From: Nitrososphaerota archaeon
Lineage (GTDB): Archaea > Thermoproteota > Nitrososphaeria > Nitrososphaerales > Nitrosopumilaceae
Length of the DNA stretch: 64,000 bases
Direction: 5' to 3'
Assembly (NCBI GenBank): GCA_028867755.1
Contig: JAGWFT010000001.1
Coordinates: forward strand, 100,628-164,627
Each line of letters starts with the position of its first letter. Position 1 is the first letter of the stretch. Shown one piece after another: positions 19,276-28,426 of this stretch. The position numbers and the translations under genes are program-made. The notes under the pieces are model-generated. The model saw only the letters and a program-made list of their open reading frames with translations. It was not told the origin of the DNA and made no database searches.

Positions 19276-19788
19276 CTATGTAGAACCATGAATGGTACCA
19301 TATTCCACAAAACCCCCTACAAGCAATAGTGCAAGAACAATCCCTATCTCAATTCCAGCAGCGCGCATCTGTACTCTGATTCCTTTACGCCTTATCAATA
19401 ACAATACAAGAAGACAGCTACGTGACATACCAATCGAGTAAGCAACAAGCTCCATCACTCCAAAAGGCGATGACAGAAATATTGCAATTGGAGGAAGATT
19501 TGATAGCTGTGGGTTTTCTATCATCAAGACACGAAACCCAGCACCAGTCTCCCACCCAGTAAATGCACCCCATGCAACACCAAAGCCTGGCACAAACATT
19601 GGCAACGCAACAGACGAGTTGTGCAAAAATATTCCAATGGCGCCGATTCCTTTTGTTGTGCTGTGAAACTCCTTGAGAAACTTTCTAGCATCGTCTTCTG
19701 GCATCCTGTACCAAGTGCCTACTGTATACGCAAGAAGGAATATTCCAAGAAATATTCCAAAAATAAAGATCCTTTTCTTCTTTGACAT
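19276..19788 (-). CDS. SpoIIM (stage II sporulation protein M)-like membrane protein
   Basis: IFLHNSSVALPMFVPGFG and PFGVMELVAYSIG; multiple TM segments; ends GGFVEY. Confidence 0.75.
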   Translation of the reverse strand: MSKKKRIFIFGIFLGIFLLAYTVGTWYRMPEDDARKFLKEFHSTTKGIGAIGIFLHNSSVALPMFVPGFGVAWGAFTGWETGAGFRVLMIENPQLSNLPPIAIFLSSPFGVMELVAYSIGMSRSCLLVLLLIRRKGIRVQMRAAGIEIGIVLALLLVGGFVEYGTIHGST

Positions 19789-19800
19789 CTCAGCTACCTA

Positions 19801-20052
19801 TCATAAAACTTTTTGAAGATGATGACCTTTCACCGCACAGAGATGTATGCCAGTTTTTGATAGTATGGCTGAAAGGGCGTCTTCAATTGTACCAGAGTCT
19901 CCCATTCCGATAAGAATAATATTATCAACTCCCCTGAAGTCAATCTTGTCAAGATTTTTTTTATAAGATTCTCCTGCAAGCTCAGGCCAGATATCATAGA
20001 CCTTGTGCATGCCAGCTTTGTCATATTTTTCCAAATCATGATGAGTGGTCAA
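19801..20052 (-). pseudogene. Truncated PGI/PMI paralogue (N-terminal 83 aa only)
   Basis: Aligns colinearly with the first ~83 aa of 68..1093 (KYDKAGMHKVYDIWPELA vs KVDASGICTVYDQWPDIA); GMGGSG changed to GMGDSG; stop 13 bp before the SpoIIM gene. Confidence 0.85.
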
Positions 20053-20221
20053 GATATGATTTAGAAATTAAGGTTCCAATATAATGATTTATGATGATGT
20101 GTAGAGCCTAACCCAGACCTACAAAGTCGTTCCATTTGTCTTGTTTGATTTTATTTAGCATCTTTTTCAGATTGCCAACTCTCCTGTTTGTAGAACCAAA
20201 ACCATACTGATGTGGACTTTT

Positions 20222-21922
20222 CTAGTTTATTGTACCACCAGCTTTAATCAGTACACCTCCACCGGCTCGTACAAGTAAATGATGATGTACAAAGTCAATG
20301 TTTAAGGTTAGTCCATTTGGAATTGTCAATACAGCACCTGACTGGATAATCACGTTTTGCGGTGCAGTTACAGTAGATGATATAGTGCAGCTTGATGATA
20401 TGGTCCAGTCTCCAGACGATGGAGGACTGCAAGAAAGAGATGAGAGTGCCGAGTCCATCTTAATTCTTGGAAAAGAAAACCCACTGCCAGAATCACTGAT
20501 AGTAATTCCAGTTGTCCTCAGGTCAGACAAAATTGTAGATACAGATGCAGATGGGTTTTTCTGTTTTAAAATAGCAAACGCGCCAGCTACTGCTGGGGTT
20601 GCAAACGAAGTTCCGCTTCCTGTACTTGTCCCCCCGCCAGGTACAGATGATATTACTGATTGTCCTGGTGCCAAAAGGCTAAGAAATGAGGCCCTGTCAG
20701 AAAACGACGATACTTGATCAGAGTCGGTTGTAGAACCAACACTTATTGCACTAGAAACACAGGCAGGAGAGTCCAAGGCATTTACAAAACCATCATTGCC
20801 TGCTGCAACCACAGGTGCAATCCCTACAGATTGCAATGTGTCAAACTCTGACTTGTACTGGGGAAAAGATGAATCACAGTAACTTGTAAATGGGTCACTG
20901 CCAAGGCTCAAGTTTACTGCAGCTATATGAAATGTGTTTCTAAGACTGTAAACGTATTCAAGACCATTGATAATATCGCTGTCAGATGATACAATGCATG
21001 GTGTTGAAGAACCACAATCTCCTACATTGTTAGATTCATGAAAGATTTGGACTGCAATGATATTTGCACCTTTTGCAAAGCCAGGAAGTATTGTAGGATC
21101 ATTTCCTGCTGCAATTCCTGCCACAAAGGTTCCATGGAAACACTCTGAAAATGAACTAGGACATGGTACTGCAGCACCAGAGCCTGTCTGGCTTGACTGG
21201 CTGTTTGGACAAAATGACAAGTCTCCAGTGTGTATTGGAGTAGAGTAGCACGCCTCTGAGACCACCTTGCCACTCAGAAAGGGATGTGTCTTGTCAACAC
21301 CAGTATCAAGTATGGCAATTGTCTGACCTGTCCCATCATATCCCGCTGTCCATGCATTGTTTGTACCAGTTAGAGGGATTGTACTTGTATCAAATGGATG
21401 CAGTATCCTGTCTTCGTATATTCCTGCAACTAGTCCAGATGAGTTGAGATACTTTAATGTTGCAGCATCAACTCTCATTGCAATAAATGGTATGTTCTTG
21501 AATTTCTTTACGTTGTCAACATGGTATAGCGATAAAGTCATGTTCAGCTGATCCTGGGTTTGGTTAATCGATAGTCTCTGACTTAATACACTGGAAGTGC
21601 TTCGAAGATTTCCCTCCGGAATAAAGGCAAGATTTAGTCGTATAATTACTCGAACTTTTCCTTCCTTGTTTGCCTTGGTCATGAGTAATTTGAAGTGACT
21701 TGTTGCATTTGTTGGAGAATATATTTTTGGGTGGAATGTGCCAGAAAAAGATTGGTTGGCAAGAACATTTCCAGAACCATTGTTTACAAAAAGATTAGAG
21801 CCGTTTATTGTGCTTGGTACAATTTGATTGGTAGCAATTGATGCATGACCTGATACCATAATTAAAAATGCAATCAAGACTAGAGGAATTACAAGCAACA
21901 AGAAACCATTAAAATATTTCAT
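20222..21922 (-). CDS. Secreted S8 (subtilisin-like) serine protease with propeptide
   Basis: Catalytic triad ILDTGVD, HGTFVAG, GTSFATP; oxyanion AAGND; N-terminal signal. Confidence 0.93.
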   Translation of the reverse strand: MKYFNGFLLLVIPLVLIAFLIMVSGHASIATNQIVPSTINGSNLFVNNGSGNVLANQSFSGTFHPKIYSPTNATSHFKLLMTKANKEGKVRVIIRLNLAFIPEGNLRSTSSVLSQRLSINQTQDQLNMTLSLYHVDNVKKFKNIPFIAMRVDAATLKYLNSSGLVAGIYEDRILHPFDTSTIPLTGTNNAWTAGYDGTGQTIAILDTGVDKTHPFLSGKVVSEACYSTPIHTGDLSFCPNSQSSQTGSGAAVPCPSSFSECFHGTFVAGIAAGNDPTILPGFAKGANIIAVQIFHESNNVGDCGSSTPCIVSSDSDIINGLEYVYSLRNTFHIAAVNLSLGSDPFTSYCDSSFPQYKSEFDTLQSVGIAPVVAAGNDGFVNALDSPACVSSAISVGSTTDSDQVSSFSDRASFLSLLAPGQSVISSVPGGGTSTGSGTSFATPAVAGAFAILKQKNPSASVSTILSDLRTTGITISDSGSGFSFPRIKMDSALSSLSCSPPSSGDWTISSSCTISSTVTAPQNVIIQSGAVLTIPNGLTLNIDFVHHHLLVRAGGGVLIKAGGTIN

Positions 21923-22015
21923 CTAGACTTCATCGTTAAGATGAAAACCTAGCTTTTTAATGATTTAGCAATATGACAAAACATTCTAAAGAAGAATAGA
22001 TGTCGAAAAACAAAG

Positions 22016-22582
22016 ATGAGAACTGAGATATCTTTTGTAATCAAAACAGGGTTGTTATTTTGCGTACTCTCTGCAGGCTTTTCATTTGTTGGGATGCTCC
22101 TTCCGGAAAGGGGTCTGCTCCCAAACCCAAGTGGTGGATTAAACCTTCATGAGATTGGAGGTCATATGTTATGGGGCCTGGTTGCTGGCGCAGTATTTCT
22201 TAGCGCAAGATACATAATCATTACAGGCATCTTTGCAGTACTCATTGATTCAGACCATCTCATTGCACTACTACACGTAGATGCGCTGTCAAGGATGTCA
22301 CATTCCTTTGCGTTTAGTGCAATTGCAATAGTAGTACTGATGATATCATTTGGAAGACGAGATTACAAACTTGGCGCAGCAGCGTTTGCAGGAGTGCTAT
22401 CACATCTCTCCTTTGATACGTTTGCAGGAAATGATGGCAAATTCCCGCTCTTTGTGCCGTTTTACAACCACCAGATCATATTTCCAAACATAGACTGGAT
22501 TTATTTCGAGATAGCAGCAATAGCAATAGTTGGAACTGTAACACTTTTAGCAAGAAGAAAGGAAACGCAGGTACAAAATTAA
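22016..22582 (+). CDS. YdjM-like membrane-bound metal-dependent hydrolase
   Basis: H..GH, IDSDH, RxxSHS and SHLxxD motifs among TM segments. Confidence 0.75.
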   Translation: MRTEISFVIKTGLLFCVLSAGFSFVGMLLPERGLLPNPSGGLNLHEIGGHMLWGLVAGAVFLSARYIIITGIFAVLIDSDHLIALLHVDALSRMSHSFAFSAIAIVVLMISFGRRDYKLGAAAFAGVLSHLSFDTFAGNDGKFPLFVPFYNHQIIFPNIDWIYFEIAAIAIVGTVTLLARRKETQVQN

Positions 22583-22626
22583 CTGGATATATTTTGAGAT
22601 TGCAGTTGTAGGTATTGTGACTCTCC

Positions 22627-22663
22627 TGTCAGCAAGACAAGCAAGCTTGAGGCAAGTGCCAAG
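22627..22663 (+). repeat. Direct repeat copy 1 flanking the TA pair
   Basis: TGTCAGCAAGACAAGCAAGCTTGAGGCAAGTGCCAAG. Confidence 0.8.
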
Positions 22664-22671
22664 AGATTTGG

Positions 22672-22953
22672 CTATCTATTGTCTCGGCCGTAGAGATTTT
22701 TGTGATCATCAAGATCAATTAACTGAACAATATCTTCATCAGAAAAATACCTGTATAGTAAGCTGTGGCTTTTTGTTACATGGATGCCATAGCAATAACG
22801 GTAGATACCGTGTTTTAACTCTCCAATCTTCCGTGGGTCTTGTGTCGTTTTTAGCTCGTCTAATATTCTGGAAAAGCCAAAAAATACAGCCTTATTTGAT
22901 TTGAATTTCTTTAATTTTTTATCTATTATTGGAGATGCTTGAATAATTCGCAA
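22672..22953 (-). CDS. RelE/ParE-superfamily type II toxin
   Basis: 93 aa, basic; DPRKIGELKHG, HSLLYRY, C-terminal LDDHKNLY; TTG start 4 bp after the antitoxin stop. Confidence 0.75.
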   Translation of the reverse strand: MRIIQASPIIDKKLKKFKSNKAVFFGFSRILDELKTTQDPRKIGELKHGIYRYCYGIHVTKSHSLLYRYFSDEDIVQLIDLDDHKNLYGRDNR

Positions 22954-22956
22954 ATC

Positions 22957-23115
22957 TTATTCTTTGAGAATGTCATCTACATGCTTGATGTATTCATCAA
23001 CAGTGTATTTCTTCATCCTTATCTTGCCCTTATCAATATCTTCTAAAAGCTTTTCAACCTCTGGAGAAAGTTCTGGTATCTCTTTTTGCTTCTTTGCTTT
23101 TGCAGAGGACTGCAT
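22957..23115 (-). CDS. Putative cognate antitoxin (52 aa, absent from ORF track)
   Basis: Manual translation MQSSAKAKKQKEIPELSPEVEKLLEDIDKGKIRMKKYTVDEYIKHVDDILKE; directly upstream of the toxin; AT-rich TATA-like tract 24-31 nt before the ATG. Confidence 0.7.
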   Translation of the reverse strand: MQSSAKAKKQKEIPELSPEVEKLLEDIDKGKIRMKKYTVDEYIKHVDDILKE

Positions 23116-23154
23116 ATCTTAGTTATGTGCTAAACCTGTTATTATTAGTATTCT

Positions 23155-23195
23155 TGTCAGCAAGACAAACAAGCAAGCTTAAGGCAAGTGTCTAG
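23155..23195 (+). repeat. Direct repeat copy 2 flanking the TA pair
   Basis: TGTCAGCAAGACAAACAAGCAAGCTTAAGGCAAGTGTCTAG: copy 1 plus a 4-nt insertion and 3 substitutions. Confidence 0.8.
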
Positions 23196-23214
23196 CGGGA
23201 TTTCAATTATTCAG

Positions 23215-23409
23215 CTATGTCTGTGAGATCAAGTTTGCTGGATTTTTGTTGAATTTAGAAACAATGTACTGCACTTTATCGTCGCCTTCTGGCAGAGGAT
23301 TTGCACACTTGCCACACTTTGGAAGGGTTACCACTGCATCGTAGTCAATCTCGCCTATGAACCTGTCACACTTGGAGCAACGGACTGATTTTTTGTCATA
23401 TATGTTCAT
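23215..23409 (-). CDS. Small zinc-finger protein
   Basis: 64 aa; CSKC...CGKC. Confidence 0.7.
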   Translation of the reverse strand: MNIYDKKSVRCSKCDRFIGEIDYDAVVTLPKCGKCANPLPEGDDKVQYIVSKFNKNPANLISQT

Positions 23410-23496
23410 GGCGTACTATAGTACGTTATCCTTGCTATTAAGAGGGATCATGATTATCATCAAAAAAACTAAAGGCTACCTGTATACAATAAATAT

Positions 23497-23904
23497 ATGA
23501 AAAAAAGGCCCGCCAAGACACAAAAGAAAACAAGAGCCAGCTCAAATGCAAATACAAAAAACAGTACTACAAAAACTAGTAGAAACAAACCTAGAGCAAA
23601 AAAGAGTCAAAAAAATACAGATCCAGAAAGGTTGGCGCTCTCAAAAAATGACATTTTACAGTTCTGCGATCGCGTGCTCAAAAAATGGCAGCAAGATCCG
23701 GTATCAAATGGAAGAAACGTTCCTGCAATGTTTGCAGTGCGAACAAGCGTCCTTTTCTCTGATGAGCAGTCGCTCAAGGCAATCTGGTCTGAGATAACAT
23801 CATGGGTTTACCAGCTACTCTACGAGAATGCCCAGGCCCAAGCAAGACAAGAAAACCTAGAGTGGGCAAAGACATTTTCCAAGATAAAAAACGACAAGGT
23901 TTAG
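23497..23904 (+). CDS. Hypothetical protein with Lys/Thr-rich basic N-terminus
   Basis: 135-aa ATG ORF, co-oriented with the next gene. Confidence 0.55.
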   Translation: MKKRPAKTQKKTRASSNANTKNSTTKTSRNKPRAKKSQKNTDPERLALSKNDILQFCDRVLKKWQQDPVSNGRNVPAMFAVRTSVLFSDEQSLKAIWSEITSWVYQLLYENAQAQARQENLEWAKTFSKIKNDKV

Positions 23905-23949
23905 AAAATTCCGTTTCGCTTTTAAACCCAGCCACTTTAGGACAATCGT

Positions 23950-25239
23950 TTGGCAGACAAGAGAAAAAGACCAGAACCAAAAAAGGCGCCGGAGCCAAGA
24001 CCAAAAAGGAGTTTTTCGATCAAGCCTCATCTGCTTTCATGGGCAGTCTTTATCCCAACTGTCACTACAGTCTTCATCAGCCTTATTGCAGTAGTCTTTC
24101 CAGCCCTGATAAGCAGGACAACTAGCCCATTTCAGGACAGTGTCTTTTCCCCAAACGTAGTAAATCCTTTTGAGCCAGGAGTCTTGGCAGCACCGCTTGT
24201 TATAGTAAGCATCATAATACTTGTAATAGGGCTTGGATATTACAAAAGGTCCAAGTACAAGGTACGGTTCAATAAGATTGCAAATTTTGAGATCTCACAA
24301 AAACAAGCACTGATTGGTGTAATTGCAATACTTGTAATCTTTGTAGCAATAACTGCAAATACGCTAGGGCAAGAAGAGCAGTGGGCGGACTATACAAAGG
24401 TCAAGCCAAGAGTCGAGTCTTGGGACATATCACAGTTTACCAAAAGTTTTGAGCCGCATTTCAGATACCTCTTGCTCTCAGTGTCATTGCATGTATTTGG
24501 AAGCATGAGAGTGATTCCATTAATTACAAGTGCTGCACTGCTCCTTTTAACATATTTTTTTACAAAAAACATTACAGGAAAGAGATTTGCAGGATTGGTC
24601 TCCATGGCACTGTTTTTGCAAAGCAACATCTTTGTCGCATACAGCACCACTGTAAGCTATGACAACTCATGGATACTGTTATACCTCTTCTCGCTTTATC
24701 TGATACTAAAGTTCTGGCCGCCGTCTCCCATACCACACTTTCTCTCGCTATTTTCAAAACCGCTCACTATAGCATTTCTCCCAATGAATTTCTATTTCAT
24801 TGCAAGGTCTACTCTTCCTAAAAGATTCAAGATGTACTCTTTTGCCACATATGGTATAATCATAGTTGCCATAATAGCAGCTTCAGCAGCATACAATACA
24901 ACTTTTACCGGTGGAATCAAACCATTTGATACATTCCAATTCTGGCAGGGCTTTACCGCAATGGCAATGCAGATGAGATTTGATTATATCGTGATACTTT
25001 TCTTGCTGCCGCTCACAGTCATGCTATTTTTTGCGTCAAGGAGAGGAATATTGCATGCAGATTCTATAATGGTATTCATACTGATCAATTTACTAATAGC
25101 TCCATTGCTTACTGCGTTTACTATAGAGACAAACCAGCCGTACAGGTTTGTCTCGCTCTTGCTATTTTTTGCAATAGGTGCAGGGGTGTTGCTATCTAAC
25201 AAAACTAGGAAAGAGACCGAATTATCGTCCAGTACGTAG
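23950..25239 (+). CDS. Multi-pass membrane protein, possibly GT-C/ArnT-PMT-like
   Basis: About 10 TM segments; EEQWAD, SYDN and SKP motifs. Confidence 0.6.
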   Translation: MADKRKRPEPKKAPEPRPKRSFSIKPHLLSWAVFIPTVTTVFISLIAVVFPALISRTTSPFQDSVFSPNVVNPFEPGVLAAPLVIVSIIILVIGLGYYKRSKYKVRFNKIANFEISQKQALIGVIAILVIFVAITANTLGQEEQWADYTKVKPRVESWDISQFTKSFEPHFRYLLLSVSLHVFGSMRVIPLITSAALLLLTYFFTKNITGKRFAGLVSMALFLQSNIFVAYSTTVSYDNSWILLYLFSLYLILKFWPPSPIPHFLSLFSKPLTIAFLPMNFYFIARSTLPKRFKMYSFATYGIIIVAIIAASAAYNTTFTGGIKPFDTFQFWQGFTAMAMQMRFDYIVILFLLPLTVMLFFASRRGILHADSIMVFILINLLIAPLLTAFTIETNQPYRFVSLLLFFAIGAGVLLSNKTRKETELSSST

Positions 25240-25672
25240 TTACATTATCTCCTGCTACGACAGGATATCCATCATGGTCTGCTGCAGCAAGTAGCTCTCT
25301 GCCAGCTATTGCAGCAACATCTATAAGATTCTGCGATACTATGGTTGGAGACTGGTGTACAATAGAGGCATTTAGCTGGAAGACCTCAAAATCTTGTCCT
25401 CCAGAGTTTATCACGGTTCGCTTGAACCTGTCTATGTTGTTATCTATCATTTGGTTGAATTTTGTTGCATTATGCACAACAACACGTGATGTCTCAATAT
25501 ATGAGACCAAGTGTCCTGAAGAGTCACGTATCACTAGCTGTGCATAAACTCCAAGTGTGGTGCTTGTAGTAGGGATGTTGTTCTGCACCACAGGATTTTG
25601 TGCAAAAGAATTTCCAGTCGACAGTACCAGAATAGAGCCAATTACTAGAAGAACAAATAATAGTGTACGCAT
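25205..25672 (-). CDS. Secreted hypothetical protein
   Basis: Signal peptide; VYAQLVIRDSSGHLVSYIE...GDNVTTYWTIIR resembles a thaumarchaeal family. Confidence 0.7.
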   Translation of the reverse strand: MRTLLFVLLVIGSILVLSTGNSFAQNPVVQNNIPTTSTTLGVYAQLVIRDSSGHLVSYIETSRVVVHNATKFNQMIDNNIDRFKRTVINSGGQDFEVFQLNASIVHQSPTIVSQNLIDVAAIAGRELLAAADHDGYPVVAGDNVTTYWTIIRSLS

Positions 25673-25816
25673 GTTTTTTTGGAACTGTTTTGTACTAATA
25701 AGCTTCTCGCACTAGATTTTGGAAATCCATGCAGCGCTTTGTAAGATAGTTTGATTCTACCAACCAAAATGTTTTGTTGTGCTGATTTTATCATTTAACC
25801 TCCTGTGATACAAATA

Positions 25817-25824
25817 TTATTAAA
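25817..25824 (+). promoter_or_regulatory. TATA box of tRNA-Gln
   Basis: TTATTAAA 26-33 nt upstream of the tRNA 5' end. Confidence 0.55.
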
Positions 25825-25849
25825 GGAACCAATCTGAAGATCCCAACGA

Positions 25850-25922
25850 AGCCCGGTAGTGTAGCGGTCAAGCATAGGGGCCTTTGGAGCCCTTGACCCC
25901 AGTTCGAATCTGGGCCGGGCTA
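25850..25922 (+). tRNA. tRNA-Gln(TTG)
   Basis: Acceptor stem AGCCCGG/CCGGGCT, anticodon loop CTTTGGA, T-loop GTTCGAATC; no intron; no encoded CCA. Confidence 0.95.
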
Positions 25923-25931
25923 CTGATTTTA

Positions 25932-26183
25932 TCACATGTAGTTCATGTGTGATATATTGATTGGAGGCATAAAGTGCGGCAGTATCGTAATGCCAACTAG
26001 AATTGGTACCAGAAACAACAGTATTGATATTGCAGCAAGAAGTATTCCAAGCAAAAGACAGCTCTTGGCCTTTTTTGGGTCATCGTCACGAATAACAAAG
26101 TACGCAACTATTCCGCCTAGCACATTAAACAAAATAGGCAACAGAAACCAGAGGCTACTCCTTCTTCGAATCTGCACAAGCAT
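25932..26183 (-). CDS. Small two-TM membrane protein
   Basis: RSSLWFLLPILFNVLGGIVAYFVIRDDDPKKAK followed by a second TM. Confidence 0.7.
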   Translation of the reverse strand: MLVQIRRRSSLWFLLPILFNVLGGIVAYFVIRDDDPKKAKSCLLLGILLAAISILLFLVPILVGITILPHFMPPINISHMNYM

Positions 26184-26481
26184 AGATACGAGTGTTTTAC
26201 ATTTAAACTAACGTCTGCTCCGTTGCCAATCTCAGTTACAGGTACATCTTTCCTAGTACCTTGTGGACTATATAGAACGGTATTTTGTCGCTTGCTGGTT
26301 GCTGAGTTGGATATGGAATTACATCCTCCCTGATCTGTCAAACAACCCCACAAATTTTCCGCACTGACTTGTATTAACCATTTCTAAAGTACGGGACAAT
26401 CAAAGTATCAAAGAATTATGTTAGAAAGATATGTTACTTGAGATTTAGAAGCCAGACTTGGAGAGAAATTTTTGTTTTGGC

Positions 26482-27243
26482 CTAGATCTCAAGTCTTGAG
26501 AGCAGTTTTGTTGCTATGATAAATAATGTCACTGCTCCTGTAATCAATACAATCATCTCGTATCCAACCGTTTGGGTAAAGTTGTCAAATATTCCTGCAC
26601 GAACCACGTCAACAAGATAGGTGAGAGGATTTAGGTAAAATGCAATTGCAAGAATTGGTGGGGCACCCTCTGCAGGATAAAATGCTGTGCTCACAAATGC
26701 AAAGAACAAAAATACAGTATTGATTACCACGTTAAACCCCTCACTTGACTTAAGCCGTGTAGATATGATAGATGCAATCGAACCAAATAAAATTGCACCG
26801 GTGATAGACGCAAAGACAACAAGCGGTATTGTCAGCGCATTAAACTCTATTGACTTGAAAAATAGCGGATACCCAATTGCAGTTATCAGTCCAGCAGATA
26901 CAAGCCCAATTATTCCAATCGTATATACATTTGATAAAATATACTGTGCACGGGTAAATGGGCCTACCAGAATCTGCTCAAACATTCCGTGTCTTCTGTC
27001 GTTCCAGATTATTATTCCAGAGATGAGCGTGCTGTTCATTATATTAAAACCAATCATGCCAGACGCGATAAATGCAGGATAGTTCAGGTTCTTTGATCCA
27101 AATGGAACACTATGAATCAGTGAAGTATATGCAAACCCAGCAACAAAGATGTAGATTACAGGAAATATCACCTGCCATATCACAAAGCCCATGTTGAGCG
27201 ATATGGTAAGATTCCTATTTACCAGACGAAATATTGGATGCAT
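26482..27243 (-). CDS. ABC-2 type transporter permease
   Basis: Six-TM ABC-2 pattern; FVSTAFYP and NPLTYLVD. Confidence 0.9.
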   Translation of the reverse strand: MHPIFRLVNRNLTISLNMGFVIWQVIFPVIYIFVAGFAYTSLIHSVPFGSKNLNYPAFIASGMIGFNIMNSTLISGIIIWNDRRHGMFEQILVGPFTRAQYILSNVYTIGIIGLVSAGLITAIGYPLFFKSIEFNALTIPLVVFASITGAILFGSIASIISTRLKSSEGFNVVINTVFLFFAFVSTAFYPAEGAPPILAIAFYLNPLTYLVDVVRAGIFDNFTQTVGYEMIVLITGAVTLFIIATKLLSRLEI

Positions 27244-28189
27244 TAGAATTTTTCACCACTGTCAAAAAGATCTCCTCCAGACTTGTCGGAACTACACTCA
27301 AGTCTTCCACTGGAATGTTGTTTGATTGTAATGCTTGCAATATTTTTACCAAGACCTGTTCAGAGTCTGCAGAGTGTATCGTGATTATAGTGCCCTCGTC
27401 ATACCCAACCTCATAGTTCCCAACCCCCTGCAAGACACTTGAGATGTCTTTCACATTTCCTATGCGAATCTTGATTGTCTTTTCTCTTCCAAATTTATTT
27501 TTGAGCTCGTCTGGTGTGTCAATAGCTATTATCTTTCCCCGATTTATGATGGCAATCTTGTCGCAGAGATATTCTGCCTCTTCAAGTATGTGTGTTGTAA
27601 AAAATATTGTAAGCCCATTTTGCACCTTTCCCTTTATGTAGTCAAGCAGCCCCCTTCGTGCAGACGGGTCAAGGCCAGCTGTTGGCTCGTCTAAAAACAG
27701 CAAGTCCATGTCATGCATAAACTCTCGTGCAACCTGGACACGTCTTCTCTGTCCAATTGAGATGTCATCATTTTTCTTTTTCCTGATATCCTGCAGATCA
27801 AATGTAGAAAGAAGTTCTTCGACCCTATCTTTTCTTGTCTTTGGGTCAACATCCCACATCATGCCATATTCCTCAAGGGATTTTTCCACAGTAAGGGTTG
27901 GCTCGTAGCTTGGCTGCTGTAATACCACACCAATCTTTTTTCGCACAGCAAGAGGATAACGAGACGTATCAATTCCCAGTATAGTTATTGTTCCACTGCT
28001 AGGAGAGACCAGTGTAGTCAAGAGCTTCATTGTGGTGGTCTTGCCAGCACCGTTTGGTCCCAAAAATCCAAATATCTTGCCTTGTTCAACTGATAGATCG
28101 ATTGAATCAACTGCAATAACGTTTCCATATGATCTTGAAAGAGATTTGGCCTCGATGCAGAGCATTTGATGATTTTCATTTTCTCCCAC
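27215..28189 (-). CDS. ABC transporter ATP-binding protein (DrrA-like)
   Basis: Walker A GPNGAGKT, signature ISIGQ, LFLDEPT, H-loop TTH; ATG at 28165 may be the true start. Confidence 0.93.
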   Translation of the reverse strand: MGENENHQMLCIEAKSLSRSYGNVIAVDSIDLSVEQGKIFGFLGPNGAGKTTTMKLLTTLVSPSSGTITILGIDTSRYPLAVRKKIGVVLQQPSYEPTLTVEKSLEEYGMMWDVDPKTRKDRVEELLSTFDLQDIRKKKNDDISIGQRRRVQVAREFMHDMDLLFLDEPTAGLDPSARRGLLDYIKGKVQNGLTIFFTTHILEEAEYLCDKIAIINRGKIIAIDTPDELKNKFGREKTIKIRIGNVKDISSVLQGVGNYEVGYDEGTIITIHSADSEQVLVKILQALQSNNIPVEDLSVVPTSLEEIFLTVVKNSNASNISSGK

Positions 28190-28426
28190 TAATCTAGGTT
28201 CTGAAATTCAGGCTTGATGTAGATTTTAGAAAATTTGTGTCTATATTCGTAATTTAGTTTTGGTTTTGGCAAGGATTAGTTCTGTACATTTTAGAGTTTT
28301 TGGTTCCTCTGTACTCATAAGGTCAGGTTGATCCTTCTTTGAGATAATAGACTTGCAGTGCATCAAAGAAAAAGATCGCTGCCACTGAAAATTCTTAATA
28401 ATACACAGATTCTAACTGTGTTTGGT

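Noticed and set aside
25850-25922. tRNA-Gln or tRNA-Gly as an integration site
   Set aside because: No duplicated tRNA 3' end and no integrase seen in the window.
26117-26353. 78-aa minus-strand ORF or decayed gene downstream of the ABC permease
   Set aside because: Overlaps the next gene, and no frame gave a convincing protein.
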